Assembly (NCBI GenBank): GCA_964057225.1
Contig: OZ059894.1
Location: forward strand, 9,920,001-9,984,000
DNA: 64,000 nucleotides
Direction: 5' to 3'
Source of the DNA: Auanema rhodensis
Lineage: Eukaryota; Animalia; Nematoda
Position 1 is the stretch's first letter. Every line of letters starts with the position of its first letter. Under the pieces are notes generated by a model, which did no database searches, was not told the origin of the DNA, and was given only the letters and a program-made list of their open reading frames with translations. Both the position numbers and the translations under genes were made by a program. Positions 1 to 12,900 of this stretch are shown here, piece after piece.

Positions 1-100
1 TTTAACTTCTTATCTTACATTGTATAAATACGAATTTCAGCTTTTTTTTAATTGAAAACTTGAAAACTTGATATTCAGCCTGATTTATAAGCTTATTTTT

Positions 101-110
101 ATTTTTTAAG
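101..110 (+). promoter_or_regulatory. Candidate trans-splice (SL) or cis 3' acceptor upstream of the RyR ATG
   Basis: ATTTTTTAAG ending 19 nt before the ATG; no clear upstream donor within the window. Confidence 0.45.
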
Positions 111-128
111 GATATGAACTGAGCAGAT

Positions 129-188
129 ATGACAGATAAAGAAGAGACAGGAGGAGGAGAGCAAGACGATGTCTCGTTCTTGCGAACA
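129..188 (+). CDS. unc-68: RyR coding exon 1a ([20 protein letters not shown])
   Basis: ATG 129, donor GTTAGT at 189, phase 0. Matches the typical RyR N-terminus (xDxxxFLRT). Confidence 0.93.
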
Positions 189-2845
189 GTTAGTTACTTT
201 TTTCATTTTTTAAAATTAAAATGACTGGCTGACCTCAAATATTACTTTGTCTAACTAACTATATATGGAAATATGTATTACATCAAATACCTTTGACTTG
301 ATTTTCTATTTGAAATTTTAAAATATTAATCACATAAAGTATAAAAATAGGAAAATTTATTGTATTTCCCAACTAATCTCATTATAAATGTTTGAGCAAA
401 TAGCTCTTGCGGACAGGAGAACTCATGACGTAATTCCATATTCTCTTTCCTTTTTTCTTCTTCCACCCATTTAAAGCTGTGGATGAACTGCTACACAAAC
501 TTCCATGAAAGGTTTTTATACAAATCTCATTCTTCTTTTCAATCTACTAATCATTCTAAAACTTTCTATAATACCTTTTGTACTTTTGTTTTATCAAAAA
601 GAAATTTCCTTTTATCCCAAATTTATTGTTTTTCATTTTCTTCAACAATCTTTTTTTTTATTCATCATGTTTTTTCATGAATTTTTCCTTTTAAGTTGAG
701 ATCATGTCACTCTCTCTCTCTTTCTTTCTCTCTCTTTCTTTCTTTCTCTTTCTCTCTCTCTTACTTATCTACTCTGTCTCGTTTTCAGCTTAATCGTTAT
801 GGCATTTTCAATTTTTCCTCATATCTTTGAGCATAATGCTCCGATTTCTCTCTTGAGAATTCAATAGTTACTTTCTCTCTCTCTCTCTCTCTCTCTTTCC
901 TTCTCCCTCTCTATTCTGCTCCATTTCAGTTTTTTTCACGAAGAACTATTATCTAATATGTTTCTTATTTCATCAAATATTCCCAAAACATTTTTCTTTT
1001 GTCTTCTTGTTTTGATTTAATACTTTCGTCCAATTTTCATATAAATAGTTTCCAATTAATTTTTTAAATGAAATAATTGGAATATTTTTATAAAATGATT
1101 AATATACTATTAATGTACTATGATTATTATTATTTTTTTAAAATTAAATATATACCGTTATTAGTCTAAGATTAACTACTTTTATGATTTTAATTTTAGA
1201 AGAAAAAAAGTATTTTTATTTCTTATAATAATAATAAAATTATGTATTTCTTAAGAATATTTCTTTTTCTCGGATTAAAATGTGAAAAATGAAAATTCAA
1301 AGAGAGAGTGAAGCCTCCTATAAGGCTATTTCATTCTGTTGATCGTAGCATATGTATATCTGAGAATGATTTGAATACTTTGCTTTGCAAATGAAATGAT
1401 TGTTATTGATGTCTTTCACAGAGATATAGATTAATCTCTCATTTCTTACAATTTAGGTGAAGCTCAGTCATTTTCATCAAATAAGAGGAGAAATGAGATT
1501 GAGAGAATGAGGAAAAATGAAACTGAGAGAATATGAGAGAGAAATTAGAGAGAAAGAAAACGAAAGAGAGTGCGCAAAAGAAAAAAATTGTAGAAAAAGT
1601 GAGGGAAGCTGAATGCATAAGAGTGAAGGTTATGAGAGAGAGAGAGAGAGGGAAAAGGAATAAGATGAAAAAGAATGAGAGAGAGAGAGAGAACGACCGT
1701 TTGTTGCGACAACAAATGAAAAAAATGAAAAAAATTTTAAAGCTCACGTGAACGTTCACGTTCACGTAATAATTCAAATATCACTTGAACGAATGAACGT
1801 CATCGTAATGTACTCAAAACGAAAAGAAAATTGCATTGAGAATAAGAGAAACGATTGCTTATAATGAAAAGATATATAACATATCCTTGTTAAAATATTA
1901 ATATTAAACTATTACTATTTTTCTGAATAATTAGTATAGTTTATGCTAATTCATTCCAAAACCTTTCAGCAAATATCTATAGAAATTTCAAATTCGTAGT
2001 GATGTTTCAGATGAAAAGTTTAAATATCTCTTTAATGTTTTTCTTTTTTTTTTATTAATTTCCATATAATTCTAGGCAGTCGACTCATCAAATTGTCAGA
2101 ATTCTATTATATTATTTCGATCATTAAGCTCTATATGTGTAGTACTACTACTACTAGTAATATTTGAAATGCTGAAATACAACTTCTCTTACACAGTTTT
2201 TCATTAAAAAAATTTTTTTTTTAATTTTCGTGGTGAAACCATTTTCGTATGATATATATATATATATAATATATAATCTCTATAGAATATCAGATTAGCA
2301 TACTTTACTTTATGATCAGAGTAAGTTCGTTGCTCATTCTGAATAACTTACTCTGGAAGACGAAGTATTTTCATAGTTTCGATGATTTGAGGCGTGAATG
2401 TGTGAGAGCCTTTAGTTGAATAGTAGAAGTGTGCTATGCAACCAGAACTTTGCAATATAATTTTTATTAAAAAAAAACTTTTTTGTTATTCACGTTTCGA
2501 GTTGAAACTTTATGTTCTTGCAAGCTTATTGCTGTCGGCATCTAGTATTTAGAATTTGTCATCGTTTTTCTTCTGAATGCTTTTGTTAGTTATAGTTATT
2601 CTGAAGAAAGACGATTCCAAATATTATTCTTGGATATCTACTCTCATTGTTGTTCATCGTTCATAGCTTCAGCAAAAGAATTTTTTTCTGTTTTAATGTG
2701 CACTTAAGCTCGTTTCTCTGCTAATTCTTGATCTCCATTTCCTTTTTTTGAATTCATCCTACGAATCACTCTATCCTATTCCCTTTTGCAATGCTGTTCA
2801 CCTCTTTAACCAATTTCCTTTTAAATCTCTTTGTCTTTTACTTTC

Positions 2846-2893
<48 letters not shown>

Positions 2894-3286
2894 TCTCTTG
2901 TATTTGAACCCTTAGATCAGCAACAACTCTCGTATTACTTCGTTTTCCCTTTTTTGCTTCTTCACAAAGTATTTTGCCGTTGTTGTTATATCAATCACTT
3001 GAGTTTTCTTACACTCTCTGTAGTATGTTTTGTATAAACTTGAAAGAGTTTGAACATATCTCTATGTCTCTACTACTCTCTTCTGATGGATGTCGAAATA
3101 TGGCTTTCTCTTAAACTTGTTGAGCTCGTTGTCTTTAGACCGTGAGCCTGGACACCCCCACGGGCATCAGACATTCAAAGCAATATGGAGCGAATTGAGA
3201 GAGAAACGAGAGCAGATAAAGAGAGAAATAGAAAGATATCTCGTCGTTAACTAAAACTGAACCTTATGTCCTTTTCATCTCTCACT

Positions 3287-3330
<44 letters not shown>

Positions 3331-5920
3331 GTTTTGCTCATTTTCTATCCATCGAATACCCATATACATGTATGTTATCCTTAATGTTCTGTCATTTAGC
3401 AAGATTTTTGACTCAGGAAATTCCAGATGAAATGAAAAATATTCCCGTATTTCAGTTCAGTATATCCTTTTCTCAATTTCATTTACAAGAACAATTTGTA
3501 TTTACATATGTACATGCACATGTACATATACAACATGTGTAGTATGTCATATGAAACAACAACTAAACCTCAAACTCACTTCTAAAGAACAGCTACTAAT
3601 ATGCTTTTAGAATTTATTTACTTTTCTCTTATATCACCAATCTTAGCTCATTTTTATTTTTCTAACAAAAACTTGTCGAGCATCATCCTCATCATCAGTT
3701 CTACTCCTTCAAAATGAAAAAATCCCATATTTGTCATCAATTTCTTCAACTATTATTCGTGCTATTCCTTCGATTTCCATGAAAAAAATTATTCCAATTA
3801 GCTAATAAATCCAAAAGAATTCTTGTCCAGTATATATAGACATATAAATATATATTTATAGAATTATTTTATTTATTTCTAGAGGCTAAAATTATTTTTT
3901 TCTTATTCAAACGCTCACATTCAACCCTTTTTTTTTGGTATTGTTTAACCTTTTCTTCTCATTTATTTTGTTTAAATAATGCTGAAAAGTTGCATAATTT
4001 TTTATACTTTTCTTTTTTAGACATAAAAATGTATAGTTTTTATATTTTTTTGTAACGTTTTTCTGTTTATTTTTTGCTTTTTCGATTATTTCTTATTTCG
4101 TTTTCTTCATTTTTCCTCTATATCCAAACAGACAACATGAGCCAAAAAATGACATATTATATGACTTGATAACTAGAATATTAGTTTTATTCACAAATTG
4201 GTTGTTTTTTCTTTTTTTAAAATAGATTTATACGAAAATGCTCTCTTATCACAGTTATATTCAAAAAATAAAAATCCATCAGATACATCAAGAGAGAGAG
4301 AGAAAGAGAGTTTTAAGTTTGTTCAATACAAATCAAAACATTGTGTACAAACAACATGCTCGAATGCGATTTTGTTTTTCTTTATTTCCTTTTTGCTTTA
4401 CAAGGTACAACTCCATTTTCACGTGAAACTATGTGCCGAAGAGCTTGAAGAGATCATTGTGTATGTCTGGGGCGCATGCTGCTGATGTTGCAACATCAAC
4501 AACTCCCTCCCCCGCCCGCTTCTTCTTCATTCCTGGTTGCATTGAACATAATCCCTTCTCATCACTTCATTCTTTACTGCTCAACTAGTATTCTCAGTAA
4601 ATCATTTGCGTCTTCCAATACTAGCTCAGTACTCATGCTCTGTTTTGGAATCACGATACCCCACTGAAATCGAAGTAGTTAGGAGATAGCGATTGTGTTG
4701 TAAGTCTGCATTCTTCCGGATCACAGCTTCTCCTCTCATCTAAGCAGCATAGCTTTTGGTCATTTGACAACTATTCTCTGCATTCTTATTGACTGAAAAA
4801 GGAGGAAGAGAACATAAACATGATAAAAAGAAACAAAAACTGAAGCATTTTTGGATAAAAATGAATAAAAAGACAAGGAAAATCAACGTTGCCAGACAAA
4901 TTATATAATCAGAAATGAGATCAAAGGAAACAGAAAAACATATATATATATTTCTCTTTAAAGGAAATGCCGTTAAAGATATTAGCCACAAGAAAGTAAA
5001 CGAATAAGAGATAGAGAGATAAAGAAACGGACAGAGTGGAAGGAAGTCGAGGAGCAGCTGGAGCTGAAGCTCGGCACTCAGTGGGAAAATCTGTGAAAAA
5101 GGCAATCTGATTAGACGCCAACGACACATGAGCTTTCTCTCCACCCCACTTTTCCTTCTATTCTCTTCGTTTCCTCTCTATTCGCTTTCTAGCCTCCTCT
5201 ATCTCATGCTTGCATATTGTCTCTGACTCTTTTAGTTTTACAGCATATCTCTCATTCTCTCTCTCCATATTTCTCTTTTTTTTCGGTCAACAAGCTATAC
5301 ATGTGCATATCCATTCAAAATACAACTTAAACAAGAATTATCACAAACCGATTAAGCTTTTCATGTCTATGACGCTTTTTCATATCTTAATATCTTCCTT
5401 ATTGATGTAATTCTGATTTTGACATGTTGTCTTCTTTCAAAAAACGTTTTCTATATTCACCTTCATTCACTAGACATATGTGGATTTCCTACCTTTAATA
5501 TTTGAAATCCTGCTAATCCTATTCAGCTTTTCCTCCCTCATTTCTTAGAAAAATCTCCCCAATATCATCAACATTTTCTAAAAAAGATGATGATGTAAAG
5601 ACGACGGTGACGAAAAAAAAAGAAAGAAAGCAAAGAGAAATATATGGAAAACTAATAAATTGGCCAGATTGTTGTTTGTTTGTATGATTGGCATCATCCA
5701 AGGAAACAACAAGCGGATGTCGCTTCGAAATAGGAAAATTATTATGAATATTCACCTTTCATGGAAATTCATTTGAATTTACATTGAAAAATCTACTTTT
5801 CTGTTTATCCAAATGTCATGTTGTTCCATGTTGGTTTTCGGTAAAACTCTAATATCATTTTCTTTTCTCACCTTATATCTTACCAATACATACTTTACTC
5901 TCTCTCTCTCTCTCTCTCTT

Positions 5921-5965
<45 letters not shown>

Positions 5966-6896
5966 CTCTCTTTCTGTGTTATCATAATCATTACAGTTTT
6001 TTTCTTTTAACATACAAAGTAAAGAAAATTTTATGTATTTACATACATATGGTTATGTGCTTTTGCATGTACACCTGTGTCTCATATTCATGAGAAAACT
6101 GCTTCAATAACTGTTTTTACGTAATTTTTTTTTCTCTTTCTCTCTCTCTCTCTTTCTCCCCCTCCCTCCCTCTCTCCCTCCCTCCCTCTCCCTCTCTCTA
6201 AGCATACCTCTGTACGCTTCACTGATAAAAAAATTTATTTTTAATATTTTGATAATTTTTCTCGATTCATTCAACTATTTTCCTTTCATAGTGTATGGAA
6301 ATATTAATTTTTGTTTTACAAACATCATACAATGAACATAATTTGAGTTTTTTTCTTTTTTTTTGTCAAAAAAACAACATGTAAGTGATCAGTAATATGG
6401 TTTTTATTCGATTTTTTTTTACTTTCTTGGCAAAATAAAGAAATAAGATCAGATATCATCACTGACCACTTTATGAAATGAAAGCATATTATTGGAATGA
6501 GAGAAGCAACTGATTTAACTCATCCTGATGGCTTCGTATGTTCCGACGAAATTTCAATCTTCAAATATTTCTTCTTCTTCTTCATCGTCTTCGTCTTCTT
6601 TTGCGTATTCTTTTGATTTCATTTGTTGATGATTCTTTTCGATTAAAAATTTAACATAAACTTTTCTTTTCTCATTTTTTACGAAAAAATCAATTTTCTT
6701 ATATTTTTAGTCTAATTCATCATCATTCTCTCATACCCTTTTGAGCTTAAAAATGCCAAATATAACGAAATAGCTATTAAGTTTTCCTCCTTTAATATTA
6801 TTATTATTATTGTTATTTTACTAATCACTTTAAGCATTTGCATAGAAAATATTCTGCAATATGTTTTAAGCTTCTATATTGATATTCTCTCCATCG

Positions 6897-6937
<41 letters not shown>

Positions 6938-9900
6938 ATTTGCTTCATTTTTTTTAACTTTTATACTTTGAGTCTTCTAAATCTCTTCAAGATTTCATAT
7001 TATATCAGGTTTGATGTTATAATTAGATATTCTTCACCATGTATGCATATGTATAGTTAGGTTTGAACTAAATATAGTTAGCTTTGCACCTAGAGATACT
7101 TTTCGTCGTTGTCGTCGTCGTCGGCGTCATTCATCCACATCTATCTCATCATGCTCTGTTCTCTTTTGAGGTTTTTCTACTATACTCATTCGTCTGTGTG
7201 TTTTTTCTTACAAACTGCTTGTCTTTGCTCTTCTTTATTCATTTTCAAAAAAAAACTTTTTTTGAAAATAAAAATGAACCAAGGTGCAGTGTGTGCAACC
7301 TATAAAGCTAGATATAGCATACAAAGAAATAAGAGAAAGTATATTGATCTAAAGGGCTTTGATTGTATTTGCTTCTGATCACAATTTCATCGGCTTCAGC
7401 AAATCTCAAACAGAGATACGAAGTTGATGATCTAGCTTCCGTCGGACAGAACCGTTGGCGACTGCTCAAACGATGTCAGAGTCATTGAGATTCTTCTTAA
7501 AACATTGCATCTATACATAATTAATTAATTAATCTACTTGAAGCAGAGATCTATGACATATTTCAATTTGAAAACTTAGCTGCAGTACTACAAGCTTAAT
7601 CTTCGTAGAGAACACTTCATTTCATTAACTTTAACGCTTTTTCAACTTGTTCCCTCGCTTTCTCTCTCTCTATCTCTCATTTCTCTTATGTCATATTCTC
7701 TCTCTATCTCTTTCTCTCTCTCAGATTCTTATTCTATTTTTCTTTCTTCACTTCATATCACTTCACATCAGGAACATTTACTAGGCAAATAAGTCCGCGT
7801 TGCAATCGTGGGCGACATCTGATCCTCTGGTCGTCATAATCAGAAGTCTGATACTATCCCTAACTATTATTATAAAGCAGTTATTATTCATATTAATTAT
7901 AAATTTTTGAAAAAAAAAACATCTATCTATCTATATTCGATGAAAACATAGAATTTATAATTTGGCCTTCTCACATAATATTTTTTATATTTTCTTCTAC
8001 TTATTTGATTATTAAAAATAATTTTTTAAGCCGATCAACTATAGATGCATAATTAATTATTCGCTCAATATATATATTAGTTAAAATATCGAGAAAATGG
8101 ATTATGATCTGCTGCAAGATCTTAATGAAGATCATCAATATGTAATGAAGGTCAGCCAGGACCATGAAAATTTCAAAAATCTCTTTTAAATTCTTTTCAT
8201 ATAGTTAATATAACTATGCATATATTCAGGGTGATATTGTATGCCTATCATGTGTTGCTTCGCACAATCGAGATGGCGTACTCGGATCTGAACGTGTCTG
8301 TCTGTGCACAGAAGGATTCGGTAATCGGATGTGTACGCTAGAAAATGTATCTGATAGGGTATGTGATTAGAAGCTCATTCACATCATCTGATGATCATTG
8401 TTTAAGGACATTCCACCTGATATTGCTATGTGTATGTTATACATTGACAATGCTTTATCAATGCGAGCTTTACAAGAGATGATGTCATCCGATTCTGAAC
8501 ATGTAAGCTTTGTTTGTTATTTTGTTTGTTGATTTTATGCTATTTTTAGACATCTGCTTCTGGTGCTGGAGGCCACAAAACCTTGTTGTATGGTCATGCA
8601 GTTCAATTGAAGCATGTTCAAAGTGAAATGGTACATTCATTAAGATATCCTGAGATCATAAATACAATGAAATTTCAGTTTCTTGCCTGTCTGTCCTCAT
8701 GCTCATCGAACGATAAGCTAGCTTTCGACGTTGGAGTACAAGAAACCAATACTGGTTCGTTCTATATTTGGAAAAACAAATATTATGATTATACCATACA
8801 TCATATACTATATCATATAGTATATAATCAATTTAACAGTTCTAACTTATATTATATGATATAGTTAAATATAACCATCATATGTCTATACAGGTGAAGC
8901 ATGCTGGTGGACTATTCATCCAGCTTCGAAACAACGATCAGAAGGAGAAAAAGTACGAGTTGGAGATGATGTAATTCTTGTTAGTGTAGCAACAGAACGA
9001 TATTTGGTCAGTTTCAATCAATAAATTATAAAATTTTCTATTTTTCTAGCATATGGCTTTTAATAAAAACTATATGGTAATTGCATCTTTCCATCAAACA
9101 CTTTGGAATATACAATCAGTTAGTTCGGGTAGCATGCGTACAAGGAATATGGGTATGTTATCATAATTTATATTAATTATATTAATTATATATTGATTTA
9201 GGTTTTCTTTTTGGTAATGATGTATTACGTCTCTTTCATGGTAATGATGAGTGCCTTACAATTCCTGAAAATTGGAGTGAACATCCTCAACATAAGTAAG
9301 TGTACTGTCTCAAATTAATGATTCTTTCTTCATTTTATCATTTCATTTACTTTTTTCTTTTAATTTGAAATTTGATTTACTGAAATTGCGCATAAAGCGT
9401 ATGTGAGTGCTTATCACGTGATGACGTCACGTCAATGCTTTGTTATGCATTCACTCATTCATTATGCTAATTAGATTCATTTTAAACTGAAATAGAAGGG
9501 AATACGGTTGATTATCAATAATCAATAATCTATATGATATACATATAAAAATAATTTTATTTCTTATAGTATGGTCATATATGAAGGTGGTGCTGCAGTT
9601 AATCAAGCTAGATCATTATGGCGAATTGAATTAGTTCGAACCAAATGGCATGGTGCTCTAGTTGGATGGGAACAAGTATTCAGGATAAAACATATCACTA
9701 GTGGAAGGTAAATTCTATTTATATATATATATATAGTTAGAATAATAATAATAATAATAATATATAATCAATATTAATACAGATATCTTGGTGTGCTTGA
9801 AAATGCTGTTCAGCTGTATCATAAAGATAAAGCCGATTTTGATTTGACGGCATTCGTTATGAGTCAGAATAAAGATCCGAAAAAACAAATGTTAGAAGAG

Positions 9901-12900
9901 AAAGAAGAAGAAGGAATGGGAACAGCAACTATACGTTATGGTGAAACAAATGCTTTCATTCAACACGTCAAAACGCAATTATGGCTATCATATCAAACAT
10001 CAGAAGTTACTAAAAAAGGACTTGGAAAGGTATAATAATAATAATAATTATTATTAATAATTATATAATTATTAGGTCGAAGAAAAGAAAGCTGTAGCTT
10101 TAAAAGATGGTCATATGGATGATTGTTATACATTCTTTATGGCTTTAGAGGAAGAATCAAAATCTGCTCGTGTTATCAGAAAATGCAGTAGCGTCCTGAA
10201 TCGCTTCTTGAAGTGAGTTATAATTATTTTTTTTTTGTAAAATTTCTATAATTATATATACATATAGTTAAGAGAATTTATAAATTTTATTATTTATTAC
10301 CTTATTTTCAGAGGTATTGAGGCACTTCAAATTGAAGGTAATCAGTCACCTGACTGGACCCGAGTAGATTTGAATGAAGTATTAAAACTTATGGAAGATC
10401 TTATTGACTATTTTGCACAACCCAAAGAAGATGAAGGTTTAATAACTTTAATCATTCTTATCTTACAGACTGTTTTCTTTTAGATTTTGAAGACAAGCAG
10501 AATTGCCTGAGGGCATTGAGATCGAGACAAGATCTTTTCCAAGAAGAAGGTGTTTTGAATATGATTCTTGATACCATCGACAAGTTTTCACAAATGGAAT
10601 CTTTGCCAGATTTTGCTGGTTTGATTGGCGAAGAGACACATGTATGTTTTCAAATATTACTTCAACTAACTATTCATACAATTAATTTTAAATTTTAGGT
10701 AATGTGGGAAGAAATATCTACCTATTTGTATTTACTTGTTGCTGCAATGATTAAAGGAAATCACTATAACTGTGCTCAATTTGCTGCTGCTCAACGTCTT
10801 GATTGGCTTTTCGGCCGTTTATCAAATCCACAATCAGCTGAAGGTAATATAATCAATAAATCTTTAATTATATTAACTATATGGTTGTTTTCTTTTTAGG
10901 AATTTTGGATGTACTCTATTGTGTATTAACTGAATCTCCTGAAGCTTTAAATATGATTAATGAAGGACATATTCGATCTGTTATATCGTTATTAGAAAAA
11001 GTTGGCAGAGATCCAAAAGTTTTGGATGTTTTATCTTCCTTATGTGAAGGTAATGATATGGCTGTACGTAGCAGTCAAAATCTCATTACTCAATATCTAT
11101 TACCTGGAAAAGATCTTTTACTTCAAACATCTATGAGAGATCACGTCAGCAGGTTGGAAATAATGCTTTTTATTCTTTAAAATCAAAAATTCATGTTTAG
11201 TGTTATGCCAAATTTTTTGGTTGGAGTAGTGGAAGGCTCTGCACTCTTCCAACGTTGGTATTTCGAAGCTGAAGTAGAACATGTTGAAAAGATGACTAAA
11301 GAACTTCCCTATCTTCGAATTGGATGGGCTAATAGCCTTGGCTTTAAGCCATTTCCTGGATCTGGAGATCGGTAAGTAGATTAAGATACGAAATCAGTAC
11401 CGTAAATTCAAAAATTATTTTCAGATGGGGTTGTAATGGGGTAGGAGATGACTTCTATTCCTACGGTTTCGACGGACACAGTGTTTACTTTGCTGGTCGT
11501 GGCCGTAAAGTTGCACAGAAAAAGCTTCAGAAGGGAGATATAGTTGGATGTTCTCTTGATTTAACAATACCCGAAATAAAGTTAGAGATGAATATTCAAA
11601 CAATTCTATATATTTTTAATTGCAGATTTACTCTAAATGGGCAAAATGTTGGAGGATCTTTCCGCAATTTCAATATTGATGGATACTTCTTCCCAGTTAT
11701 GTCACTCAGTGCTAAAGTCAGGTATGAATACTCGTTATCTATGTACTATATCATATGCTTAACTATAATTTATAGTTGTCGCTTCATATTTGGTGGAGAT
11801 CAAGGTCGATTAAGATTTGGACCTCCTTCAAGTTATTCTGCTGTGATTGAAGCTGTTCAAGGAGATATTCAAGTAATACATTAACTTACAACTTACAGAA
11901 TAAGTTTAAAATGATTTTAGATAACTGATTGTCTTCCTTTTGGCGATCTACCAAAGAATATTTATTGTGGACCTCATACCATCTTTTCAACTTTAGAACC
12001 ATTTGTACCAACACCTATTGATATTAGGTTTTAATTTACAACCATTTTTATAAAATGTATGTGAAAATACTTTACAGTACTATTCAATTACATCAAAAAG
12101 CTATGGAAATTCATCATAAATTCGCTGAAAACTTACATGAATTATGGGCTATGAGAAAGATTGAACTTGGCTGGAGCTTTGGAGATACTCGATCTGAAGT
12201 TGGACGTAAACATCCATGCCTCACATCATTTGAACGTCTACCAGCTACGGAAAAAACCTATAACATCAACTTAGCATTGGATACGATGAAGACTATTGAA
12301 GCTTTAGGACATCATCTGATTGTTGATGATCCACCATGTCGTCTAAGGCCAATTAGATTAGCTCCAGGGTATGTTTTAAGAAAATAATACAAAATCATTG
12401 ATTAAATCGTTCTTGTTCAACAGATTTCAACAATCAAATGGATATAAACCTCAACCACTTGATACACATGAGATTGTTTTACCTGAAAATCTGAATCCAC
12501 TCATCGATGCTTTAGCTAGAAATACTCACAATGTATGGGCAAGAGAGAAGATCAAGCGAGGCTGGACGTTTGGTTTAAGCGAGGTTGGAACATCATCTCT
12601 TAATTCATTTATACCTTTCTCAACTTTTCTTTTTAAAGTTTGTTGATTCTACTCAAAAGCGATCACCTCATCTTGTGCCCTATGATCAAGTTGATAACAG
12701 AATCAAAGAAGCTAACAAGGAGTCTGCATCTGAGAATATCAGAGCTCTTCAACTATTCGGAATTTTCATTGAGTCTCCAGCACATGAACATGATGAAAGT
12801 GAGAATTTATTTCTTGTTATCAAGCTTAACCATCTTCTTTAAAGTTGCCGAAAAAGAACTGAAAGCACGTAAAGATCGTACACGAACATATCGAGCAGAA

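Noticed and set aside
483-7378. Short ORFs in RyR intron 1 (SLSLSL, ERERER, Phe-rich)
   Set aside because: Translations of (CT)/(GA) microsatellites and AT-rich DNA; no domain or splice support
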